DNA of 64,000 nt. Origin: Styela clava. Lineage: Eukaryota. The notes beneath the pieces are model-generated. The model was not told where the DNA came from. It did no database searches and was given only the letters and a program-made list of their open reading frames with translations. The stretch spans positions 27,838,001 through 27,902,000 of the forward strand of contig NC_135250.1 of the NCBI RefSeq assembly GCF_964204865.1. Reading direction: 5' to 3'. Below are positions 51,314 through 63,834 of the stretch, piece by piece. Within the stretch, counting starts at the first letter, position 1. The number at the start of each line of letters is the position of its first letter. The position numbers and the translations under genes were made by a program.

Positions 51314-54300
51314 TCAATATTTAATATCATGATACGGAAGGAAGTTTGTCGGTTCGTATTCAGATGATCTATCAGGTTGTTGCAATGAATCGCTCGTCAA
51401 GTATTTAATCTGATGCCTTGAATCGGGATGAGAAGTCATTGCAGAATGCTCGTGACAGATAGGCAATTCGTAACCAGAAGTTTCGGTAGAGCTGGTTGTC
51501 TTTGATTGTTTAATAGTGTTGTTTTCGTAGATTCAGTGTTCACATTCAAACTGAGCTTTTGTTATATTTTTGATATTCGGTTTCATATTCTTCGGGCTTG
51601 TAGTTGTATTCCTGTTGTTTTTCATCCTAAAATTAAAAAAAAAATGTATGGATTTTCAAGCTTCGGTAGCATCTCAATTTCTTGCAGGTCTAACTATTTT
51701 GGCGCCTGAGTCTTGGAGATACAACAGTGATGCAAACATTTTACAAATGCAAACGGAGTCAACCAAGAAAATAAAGGAATTTGATGGCTTTTGATACCTG
51801 GAATGATTTTGACCTATTGCTGCCGATATCTGTCGTCGTATTAACGTTTCAACCACTTTTGAATCCACCAAAGATAATTACTCTTCAACTTAGTTGATAT
51901 TGATCTAAATAGAAAATCAATTTAAAAAAAAATTCAATTCCGATATGTAATACCAATAATCATATGAACATAAGAAAGCGGACAGAGACCGAGAGATTTA
52001 CGTGTCTGTCAAAAGTTTATTTAACATCCATTAGTGATTTGAACCTTACCTAATAGCGAGGACAATAATGATGATCACTGCAATAACGAGAATAATGCAA
52101 AGTACAAGAGTAGAGATGAAAAAGAATTTCTCAGTTTCTCTGCCAAAGTCGTCGCTACTTGTAGCTGGTTTTGTTATTTTCTCAACTACAGTTTGTTCAA
52201 TCGGCGAAGTTGTTGCTTCATTTGTGAGAAAGTACCTGTTGTCTTCAGTAGTTGCATTTTTATCATCTTTAGAAGCTTAAAAATTTATATAATTCACAAT
52301 ATTTATATAATAACAATCATTACAAAATTCACAATTTCGATATTGCTAGCATTAAAGTTTGGAAAAAAAATATCATACTAATTTTAATTTTTATTTTGTT
52401 TTGATTAATTTTTTTTTCTTAAAATATGTCTGATGTTAGTTAAGCCAAAAAATGTGTCGAGTCATTTTGTTTATAATATATAAAAGCAATAACTACGTCA
52501 TGCTAACGAATGACCACTCATGAGGCCATAACTATTCAGTTCGATCTAAATCACAACAAATTCCATGTTTATCTTTAGCTTATTTTTTACCTTGCTGCTT
52601 GTTTTCGCTTAAACAGGGGAAATGCGAAAAACTTGGAAATGATCATAGAAACCATACTCTGTCCTTTAAGTAATATTTATTGTAAATATATTGCCTTCAA
52701 TGATATGAGGAATTATCTTAGCACATCTATCGGTAATAGACTCATTAATCACATATTTGGAGTAAAAAGGAAACAGTAGTTTGGTTGGGAATCACAAAAT
52801 TCTCTGCTGATAGAATAAATCAAATTTCCCATTTGCTATATGAAGCATTTTATACAAATAGATTGATAAACATTGAATACAATACGAAGTACTTAGGTTT
52901 AAGGAGACTTATAAATTCGCTTATACCTAATTTGTTGCTTTTACCTTTGTTGTTTAATATCCGGTAATCCGGTATATTGACTGGAAGTTGAATTGTTGAA
53001 ATTCAGAAGAGTAACCATCTCCTGTTCTATATGACAAATTAATTGGAAAAATATTAACTCCAATGATATGCTGGTATATCCTATTATACCGTCAGTAATA
53101 GATTCTTCAGATACAGTTTTTGAGGTAAAAAGGAAACAGTCGTTGAGTTTGGAATCACACAGTTCTTTATCCACTAATCCAGCTGTGACATATTGATCAA
53201 TTGATGCCTTTATATGATAATACATGATAATACCTCGTATAATTTACCATATATGGCACTAATGTGATTATCGGGTCCTAATTTTACACATTATAACCGA
53301 TATATTGATTACCTACGTAGAGAACAGCATATCTCAAGTATCTTTCATTTTTATAAACAAATGAAGTGAAACATTATATGACTGCTTATATGGTGAATGG
53401 CGGGAACAATATTGCTTGTAATTTTGAAGGAAATAAAGTATTTTTGCGAAATTTGAAATACGTAACTGAGACTAACACATTTGTAATTCCCAATTACCTC
53501 AAAATAAGATGATAAAGACAACTATTAAAAACTAGATAAGGAGTGAAATTATGCAACGTTTAACACATGAACATGTTTCGAGGAAAATAACCACGCAATA
53601 AATTGAAATTACAAGGATACAAATTAATCGAAACAAGCCTTGAAGACGGATACAAAACTATATTTGTATAATAAATAAAAGTTGTTTATTTGTTACAAAT
53701 AAACACAAAAAATGTATTCACTTTAATAACCAGTAATTTCAGAGATCCAATGCACTGACTGTTTTGATTGAGATCATTTTTAGTAATTTTGACTAACGTG
53801 ACGCCGTCAACAGATGTGCAACTATCGGCTTTTAATTCCCAAATACTGTGAATATCCCCTCTTCTTCTGAAAAATACAATTTGAAAATGACTATTTGAAC
53901 TATATTTTCATGTTCATATATGGCTGGATAATCATGCAATTTCATTTCTTCATTTTTAAAAATTTATCAAAATAAATTAAGCCCATATTTTACATCATTC
54001 TGTTGATTATTATTTATGTTAAAATTATTTTTTATTGGATTGGATGCTTTATTTGTATCAATTTTTATCAAAACTTAATAAAAAAATAGAGAAATATTTT
54101 ACCTTATCATTGAGCCTGATTCATGTGTAGAACATAAATCAACGTTAATAGTACTCAGACCAATAGATTGGTGAAGAATTGCTGCCACTATAGGAGAACA
54201 AGAAGGAATATTAGTTGCGTTGAATATTTTTTCTCAGACCAACAAGTCATAAATCCGATCTTAGGGTTTGAGTTTAAAATACGGGGTTTAAGCTTTTTTT

Positions 54301-54588
54301 AAAGAAAGTATACGTACAGTTATATACAGTGCAAATGTCAACTATCTCACTTGGTGCTAATTAATTATATATCAAAAGTCAATATTGATAAATTCATATC
54401 ACTCACTCTAAAAAATTCGGGATTTATTCAAATTTGAATGAGGCATTTTAACTCAACAAATTTAATCACTGTACGTATTGAAGTAAACAACATTTATCCT
54501 GTTATATACATCATTGAGAGTCACTATTAAAAATAATATGAGCAAATTACTCACCTATAAGTAACAATACCCGCGTATAGAAATGCAT
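51314..54588 (-). pseudogene. Gene H: class II pseudogene
   Basis: -1 nt in exon 3. Exon A (53182-52945) is 238 nt (-1 plus an 8-nt duplication TACCGGAT). A' has a frameshift and a stop. TM exon 52275-52050 is open. Tail has GGA>TGA at 51533-51535. Confidence 0.85.
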
Positions 54589-56889
54589 GTTTTTTTAAAA
54601 TGTCAGCTCCCGTCTCTTGCAACTACCAGGAAGACTTTATATGGTTATCCCAAAGTATAATTTCAAAACCGTAAATGTCGGGCAACAGTTGTTACGCATG
54701 CGTTCATCAGAGTACTCATGTACCTATTTATTTATTACGTGTACTAAAGCAATGAATATTACTTGTCAAATGCAGATACGTAATTGTAAATAGGCTCTTT
54801 GTTATTTGGTAATGTGTGATATCATTTCCTTGTGCACAGACGATCTAAGGTTGTTTATGTGTAATCATGATCTGACTAATCTAATTCAATGATTGAGATC
54901 GAATCTTCCGAACAAAAATTTTGAATCGGAAATATTGCTAATTTAGTTCGTGAACACTTTGGATATTTTTAATTTACTTAGATTACTCTTCACCCATTAT
55001 GTATTTTTAAAATGAATTGGTCAAATTATGAACAATGCTATGAAACAAGAGAGCGATGAACAAATATATGAACACGAAATGATACGGGTATGCATTTTGT
55101 CACAATTTGGCACCGTATTGCAGCTGAGCACAAATTTTAACTTACGCAAAAGCGTAACCGCCACAAGGAGCGCAATTTTAAGTTTTGATGACGTCATCGC
55201 GCACAAAACACAAATCTCATAGAGGCCACACATATTTTTGAGAAAGAGCAATGTCCAAATATGTGGACGCAAAAGTCGGGCATTGGTACTGTACGGAAAG
55301 TCTAAAGCCTAGCAGGAAATTGACTGAAATATCGTCGGACAAGCGTGGGAAAATCAAGTCTCACTAGAACAACCCTCTGTTCGATATTTGGGCATATCCA
55401 CTTGGTATATAACCTTCATAAAACAAATATAGAGATCCAATAACTAACTGCAGTACCTATACAAACTAAACTAAAATTTAATCATTCTAAATCATCAAAT
55501 CGCAATAAGCATTCAAACAAAAGTATTCCGCAGTTTTTTGGGTTTATCGGTATTGAATTATTTTTCAATCCTACACGATATCACTTTTTCAACCGCAGAT
55601 TTTCCCATTTCATAAAAATTGAACGTTGGTGAACTTGCGTTTGCTTAATTACAATATTACGCCATAGAGTTAGCCGTCTAGGACCAATTGCCGAGGTAAA
55701 AATCGTTAGCAAACGATCTTTCTCTGGTGTGATCTTGTTTTATCTTTGGAAGCCTATTCAATCAAGCCAACAAAAACTATAATTGTATATCTGAAAACAT
55801 ACCTACAGACACATTAGTTAATTGATAATGATTTTTGCCATAAACTTACATTAATATGTTTCAATATATTTTTTTGATTTATACAATTATACCTTTTCTC
55901 ATAATTTTAATTAAATTCTGTCAGAAAGATAGCACATTCAAGCAGAATTTTACAAATAACATGTTAATAAATTTCCAAGGAGATTATTGAATAGCTAGCT
56001 GTACATTGTCCTGCAGGCCTGTGATATCTAAAGATAAAAAAAACCTGTCTTTATAACCTGTAATTTTGTCATTATGTTCTGAGCAATAAGTACCTCAATT
56101 GCCTCGTCAGAGTGATCAGAAATTGAAACCACGAAAACAAAATATTTTAACGTAAATTGAGAAGTCACGCAAGAATATTAAACGATCTATTACATCCGGT
56201 TTGTTGCACTCTTGTATTTCTCATCATCGATTTCTATTAAAATTATGTCCATGCTTTCTAATAATTGTATCTTATAAAGTTGCTTTTTGGGTATCTATAA
56301 ATTTCAATTCAGATCCGGGAAAGAAAGGACGATATGCCGCACGATTAGTCCAGGTTAAATAAAAATATCGCTTTTTCACTAGAATGTTTTTTTCTCTTGT
56401 TGCATTGAGTCAGCATTCGATCATGCAAACCCACAGGATTTCAGATCGCGGGTACATTTTATCAATATTTTTTATTATGCAGTGAGATCGTTGCAGACAA
56501 GCATTTATTATGCGAATAAAAATAATCTTAATCTGAACATTATGGTTTGAGATTACAATTAGAATTACAAGTTATAATTCATTTTTTCAATATCTATTTC
56601 AAATAGAATTTATTTACAAAAAAAAAATTAAATCAAATTCAAAATGTATATATCAATTTACTAAAAAAACTGTTCAAGCCTAAACTCGTTTTCTACATGA
56701 ATATCAAATATATATTGATAACCCACTATACTTTCCCAAAATTTCTCTATGTCTGCTCTAGACATTTAACTTGGCTCATTTAAATTCCATGTTGAATGAG
56801 AACAAATATCGAATGAAAAGGCAAAATAAAATACACGGAAGAGTACATGAATCATCAAAATAGTCTAAAAATACGAATTGAAAAAAAAG

Positions 56890-57118
56890 AGTGTACTCCC
56901 GTAGTATGTGCAACAAAATGGCGGACTCCGGAACGTAGTATGTGTATCAGGTTGAAGTTAGTCCAAAATTTCAGATACAGTTACTACGGAGTCATTTGGC
57001 TGGTCCCCGAACTCATATTGGAACTAAAATAAGGAAATCGGAATGAAATTATGACCTAACCTGGTACACATACTATGTTCAAGTGTCCACCATCTTGTTG
57101 CACAAACTACAAGAGAAA
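56890..57118. mobile_element. Copy of the 8012 fold-back MITE
   Basis: Same TIRs downstream of gene I. Confidence 0.8.
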
Positions 57119-57316
57119 CAAAAAAGGAGTTTTAACTCATTTTGCTAAAGTTATTTGTCAAATATATGTATGATCATTTTGTATGTCTATATAAACTCTA
57201 TTATAGCAAGATCTTCTCACATATTCAGGAGTGACTATACTCTACCCTGTCTAATCTCAAGCAGTCAATGACATGAAGAAGAACTGAAATAATGTTGAAC
57301 AAATTAACAGTTGAAG

Positions 57317-60300
57317 TCAATATTCGATATCATGATACGGGTGGAAATTTGTCGGCTCGTATTCAGATGATTTATCAGGTTGTTGCAATGAATCGCTCGT
57401 CAAGTATTTAATCTGAAGCCCTGGATCGGGATGAGAAGTCATTGTAGAATGCTCGTGACAAATAGGCAATTCGTATCCAGAAGTTTCGGTAGAGCTGGTT
57501 GTCTTTGATTGTTTAATAGTGTTGTTTTCGTAGATTCCGTGTTCACATTCAAACTGAGCTTTTGTTATATTTTTGATACTCGGTTTCATATTCTTCGGGG
57601 TAGTAGTTGTATTCCTGTTGTTTTTCATCCTAAAATTTAAAAAAATGTATGGATTTTCAAGCTTCGGTATTATCTCAATTTCTTGCAGGTCTAACTATTT
57701 TGGCGCCTGAACCTTGGAGATACAACAGTGATGCAAACATTTTAAAAATGCAAACGGAAGCAACCAAGACAATTAAGGAATTTGATGTTATTTGATACTT
57801 GGAATGATTTTGACCTACTGCTATCGATCCCTGCTGTCGTACTAACGACCCAACCACTTTTGAATCCGCCAAAGATAATTACTCTCCAACATAGTTGATA
57901 TTGATCTAAATAGTAAATCCAGTTTTTAAAAAATTCAATGCCGATATGTAATACCAATAATCATATGAACATAAGAAAGCAGGCAGAGTCCGAGAGTTGT
58001 ACGTGTCTGTGCAAAGTTTATTTTACATCCAATAGTGATTTGAACCTTACCTGATAGCAAGGACAATAATGATGATCACTGCAATAACGAGAAGAATGCC
58101 AAGTACAAGAGTAGAGATGAAAAAGAATTTCTCAGTTTCTCTGCCAAAGTCGTCGCTACTTGTAGCTGGTTTTGTTATTTTCCCAACTACAGTTTGTTCA
58201 ATCGGCGAAGTTGTTGCTTCATTTGTGAGAAAGTACCTGTTGTCTTCAGTAGTTGCATTTTTATCATCTTTGGGAGCTTAAAAATTTATAAAATTCACTA
58301 TATTTAAATAATAACAATCATTACAACATTCACAATTCTAACATTGTTAGCATTAAAGTTGGGGAAATAAAATCCATACTAATTTTAATTTTAATTTTGT
58401 TTTAATCAATTTTTTTTCTTAAAATATGTCGGATATTAGTAAAGCCTAAAAATACATCAAGTTATTTTGTTTATATTATATAAAAACAATAACTAAGTCA
58501 TGCTATCGAATGACCATCCATGAGGCCATAAATATTCAGTTCGATCTAAATCCCAATAAATTCCATGTTTATCATTGGCGTATTTTTTTTACTTTGTTGC
58601 TTGTTTTCGCGTAAACAGAGGAAATGCGAAAAACTTGGGAATGATCATAGAAACCATCCTCTGTCTTATAAGTATTATTTATTGTAAATATATTGCCTTC
58701 AATGATATGAGGAAATAACCTAGCACATCTATCGGTAATACATTTTTTAATCACATTTTTTGGAGTAAAAGAGAAACAGTCGTTCGGTTGGGAATCACAA
58801 AATTCTGAGCTGATAGAATAAAACAAACATGCTGTTTGCTATGCAAAGCATTTTATACAAATAGATTGATAAACATTGAATACAATAAGAAGAACTAAGG
58901 TTGAAAGAGACTTATTAAATTCCCTTATATTACTTATATTGTTGCTTTTACCTGTGTTTAATATCCTGTATATTGACTGGATGTTTAATTCTTGTAATTC
59001 AGAAGAGTAACCATCTCCTGTCTTGTATGTTAAATTAATTGGAAAAATATTATCTCCAGTGATGTGACTTTGTATTCCATTACATCCGTCAGTAATCGAT
59101 TCATCAGGTACAGTTTTTGTGGCGAAAAGGAAACAGTCGTTGAGTTTGGAATCACACATTTCTGTATCCACTAATCCAGCTAAAACATAGTGATAAGTTG
59201 GTGCCATTACATGATAAAACCTCCTAAAATTTACCAAATACGGTACTAATGTGAGTATCGGGTCCTAATTTCACATATTATATCCGATATATTAGTTACC
59301 TACGTGGAGATCAAGACAAGAAACAGCATATCCCAAGTAACTTTCGTTTGATAAACAAATGAAGTGATACATTCTATCACTGTTTATATGGTGAATGGCG
59401 GGAACAATATTGCTTGTAATTTTCAGGGAAATTATTTATTTTTGCTAAATTTGAAATACATAACTGGGACTAACCCATTTGTAATTCCACATTATCGCGA
59501 CAGGAGATCATAAAGACAACTATTAAACTAATAAAAATCAGATAAGTAGAGAATTTATGCTACGTATAACACATAAACATGTTTCGACAGAACTAACCAC
59601 ATCATGAAATGAAATTACTAGGACACAAATTAATCGAAACAAGCCTTGAAAGCGGATACAAAACTATATTTTTAAAATAAATAGAAGTTGTTTAATTTTT
59701 ACAAATAAACACGAAAAATGTATTCACTTTAATTACCAGTAATTTTCAGAGATCCGATGCACTGACTGTTTTGATTGAGATTATTTTTAGTAATTTTAAC
59801 TAACAAGACGCTGTTAACAGATGTGCAACTATCTGTTTTTAATTCCCAAATAGTGTGAATATCCCCTGCTCTTCTGAAAAATACAATTTAAAAATGACTA
59901 TTTAAACTATATTTTCATGTTCATATACGGCTCGATGATCATGAAATTTCATTTCATCATTTTTAAAAAGTTTATCAAAATGAAAATTTTCTCATATTTT
60001 ACATCATTCTGTTGATTATTATTCATGTTGAAATTATTTTTCATTGTATTGGATGCTTTATTTGTATCAATTTTTTTTGAATTTAATCAAAGGATATAAA
60101 AATGTTTACCTTACACTTGCTCGAAGTTCGGGTTTGGAACATAAATCAACATTAAACTGACTCAGACCGATAACTTGGTGAAGTATTGCTGTCACTATCG
60201 GTGAACAAAAATGAAGATTAGTTACGTTGAAAAATTTTTCTCGGAACTGACGAGCCGTAAATTTGCTTTGAGGGGTTTGAGTTTCAAATACGCGATATAT

Positions 60301-60653
60301 TATTAAAGATGACTTCGTTAAGTATATGTATAATTAGATGCAGTGCAAAAGTCGACTATTTCACTTAGTACTAATTAGTTAGATCCTCGTTAAAAAAAAG
60401 TCAAGTTATAAAACGTTGAAGTCCCGAATTTCAAAAAGACTCAAACCCTCAATGAATTTCTATAATTCATATCACTTACTCTAAAAAGTTTTGGAATTAT
60501 ATAAATTTGAATGAACTCAATGAATTTATTCCTTGTACGTAGTGGAGTAAACAACACCTATCCACTGATATACAATATTGAGAATCCCTCATGAAAAACG
60601 ATATGAACAAATTACTCACCGATGAGTGACAATACCCGCGCGAAGAGATGCAT
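57317..60653 (-). CDS. Gene I: class II receptor, ~350 aa, intact if exon A' is skipped
   Basis: Exons 60653-60620, 60194-60110, 59873-59737, 59264-59235, 59179-58952 (228 nt, in-frame 3-nt deletion), 58276-58051, 57629-57317; 1053 nt open. Tail IYENN, GYELP, EYEPT, PYHDIEY*. Confidence 0.8.
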
Positions 60654-62464
60654 GTTTTCTCAAATATGTCAGCTCCCGTCTGTTGCAACTACACCGAAGA
60701 ACTTTATATGGTTATCCCAAGGTATAAAATTTAAAAACGTAAAACTTTGCCAAGCCAACAATTGTTAACGCATGCGTTCATTAGAGTATTTATGTATCTA
60801 CTCTTTTATTACGTGTACTGAAGCGATGAATATGTCTTGCCAAATGCAGATACGTAATTGAAAAGTACGTTTTTGTTACTTGGTAATGTGTGATATCATT
60901 TCCTTGTGCACAGACGATCGCCTGCAACAGTTTACTAAGGTTGTTAATTTGTAATCATGATGTGACTAATGTAATTCAATTAATAATTGAGATCGAATCT
61001 TCCGAACAAAATTTTGAATTGGAAATATTGCTAATTTAGTTCCTGAACACTTTGGATATTTTTAATTTACTTAGATTACTCTTCACCCATTATGTATTTT
61101 GAAAGTGAATTGGCCAAATTATGAACAATGCTATGAAACAAGAGAGCGATGGTCAAATATATGGACACGAAATGGTACGGGTATGCAATTGGTCACATTT
61201 TGGCACCGTATTGCAGCTGAGCCCATATTTTAACTTACGCAAAAGCGAAACCACCACAAGGAGGGCAATTTTAAATTTTGATGACGTCATCGCACACAAA
61301 AAGACAAATCTCTTAAAGGCCACACATATTTTTTAGAATAAGCAATGCCAAATATGTGGACGCAAAGGCCAGCATTGGTACTGGTACGGTAAGTCTTAAG
61401 CTTAGCAGTACATTGACTGAAAGATCGTCGGACAAGCGTGGCGGAATAAAGTCACACTAGAACAACCATCTGTGCGATGTTTGGGCATATTCACTTGGTA
61501 TATTACCTTCATATACCGAATATAGAGAACCAATAACTAACTGTTGTACCCATGCAAACTAAACTAAAATATTTGATCATTCACAAACACCAAATTGCAA
61601 TGGGCATTGTTACAAGTCATGCCTTAGCTTGACAGGAAACAACAGCTGTGTCGATTGTCACGTAATCCCGCAATATTTGTGAGACATTGGTTGAAATGTC
61701 GAATCCCACAGGGCTTAAAAGATATTTGATAAAATATAAAAATATTTTCATCTTGGAAACTACTACCATCTTCATGTCATCAAGATTTGAAATCGATTGG
61801 TCCACTAATTTTGTTCACAACAATTTCAGGTGTAAATATTGGTTACAATTTGTTTTAGTCTCGTTGCTGCATTTTGATTTGGGTATGTATCGGGCAACGC
61901 ATTTTCTGACTCGGTAGTGTTTTAGTTTTGATTATTTGTTCAATATTTTCTCATCTTATTTGATATTCAAACAAAAGTATTCCGGAGTATTTTGGGTTTA
62001 TTGGTATTGTAATATTTTTCAATCCTATACAATATTACTTTTCCAACCGCAGATTTTCTCAATTCATAAAAATTGAACTTTGGTGAACTTGTGTTTGCTC
62101 AGTCAAGATGTTACACCATAGAGTTAGCCGTCTAAAACCAAATGTCAAGGTAAAAATCGTTAGCAAACGATCTTTCTCTGGTGTAATCTTGTTTCAACGT
62201 TGGAAGCCTAACCAATCAAGTCAACAAAAATTATAATTGTACATCTAAGAACACACCTACAGACACATTAGTTAGTTGATAATGACTTTGCCATGATCTA
62301 ACAGTAATATGTTTCAACATTTTTTTTATTTAAACAACCATAACTTGTCTCATGTTTTTAATTAAATTCTATTCGAAAGAATAGCACATTTAGGCGACAT
62401 TTTACAAATAACATGTTAATAAAATGTTCAAGGAGATCACTGAATAGATGTTTTAATTGTCATT

Positions 62465-62989
62465 AACATAAATCAACATTAATCTGGTTCTGACCAATAG
62501 ATTGGTGAAGTATTGCCGCCACTATAGATGAACAAGAAAGCTATATTAGTTATGTTGAATATTTTTCCTCAGAACCGACAAGCCATAAATCCGCTCTAAG
62601 GGTTTGAGTTTCCAATACGCGTCATATTAATAAAGATGACTCCTTTAAGAATGCGAGCAGTTATATGTAAGTGCAGATGTTAACTATCTCACGTGGCACT
62701 AATTAGTTATATACTCGTTAAAAAAGTCAAGTTATAAAACGTTGAAGTTCCGATTTTTTCAAAACCTCGACGGATATTTAGAATTCATATCATTCACTCA
62801 AAAAAGTTTCGGAATTATTCAAATTTGAATGAGGCACTTAAACTCAACAAATTCATTCCCTATACGTAGTGAAGTAAATAAAACCTATCCACTTATATAC
62901 ATTATTGAGAGTCACTAATAGAAAAAGAAACTGATACGAACTAATTACTCACCTATTATAAGTAACAATACCCGCGCGAAAAGATGCAT
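62465..62989 (-). pseudogene. Fragment J: orphan exon 1 and partial exon 2 of a deleted receptor gene
   Basis: Exon 1 at 62989-62953 (MHLFARVLLLII). Exon 2 from 62521 breaks at about 62465 and joins spacer sequence homologous to 7100 and 56010. Confidence 0.85.
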
Positions 62990-63834
62990 GTTTTTCAAAT
63001 ATGTCAGTTCCCGACTCTTGCAACTACACCAAAGAACTTTAGATATATGATTATTCCAGGGTATAAATTTTGAAAACGTGAAACTTTGTCAAAGCGACAG
63101 TTGTTACGTTGCATTCATCAGAGTGTATCTATACTCATTTATTACGTGTACAAAAGAGATGAATCTTACTTGCCAAATGCAGATACGTAATTGTAAAGTA
63201 CGTTCTATGTTTATTAGTAATGTGCGAGATCACTTTCTCGTGTATAGACGATCACCTGCAACAGTTTCCTAAGGTTTGAAATTATGATCTGACTAATGTA
63301 CTTCAATGATTGAGATCGAATCTTTCAAACTAAATTTTTAATTATTAATATCCATCATAAGATCCCGAACACATTTTGTGGGCTTCTTAGTTTATTTAGA
63401 ATACTATCCACAAATTATGTATTGAAAATGAAAAGATTAAATGATTAAAAAAGAGAAAAATGCTGAAATATATGGAAACGAAGGCGAGAAAACGTAAAAC
63501 AAAATATTTTATCCACAATTTCCCTAAAACTACATTCCGAAACAAGCTGAAACTATGGAACGACTGCCGTAAATGGGTCTAGGTATAGTTTAGTACCACA
63601 AGTACCTCTGATGGGCGTGGCGTATTTTGCATATGCCATTCCTGAGACCCACCTAACTACGTCATCCCAAATTTACGTCAGTACTGCGCCACAATCACGC
63701 AATATACCTTGCCGAAGCCAGATATTTCTCCCGCATTGATGTAATTGTGACGTCGCAGTGACCTTTTTTTGTATAGCGTAGTGAGGTGGGGACAGGAATG
63801 AAATATGCAAAAAATACAACGCCACTATTGACTA

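Noticed and set aside
943-60653. Naming the family as fester, FcoR or Alr
   Set aside because: The analogy is architectural only; I cannot recognise sequence homology, so no gene symbol is given.
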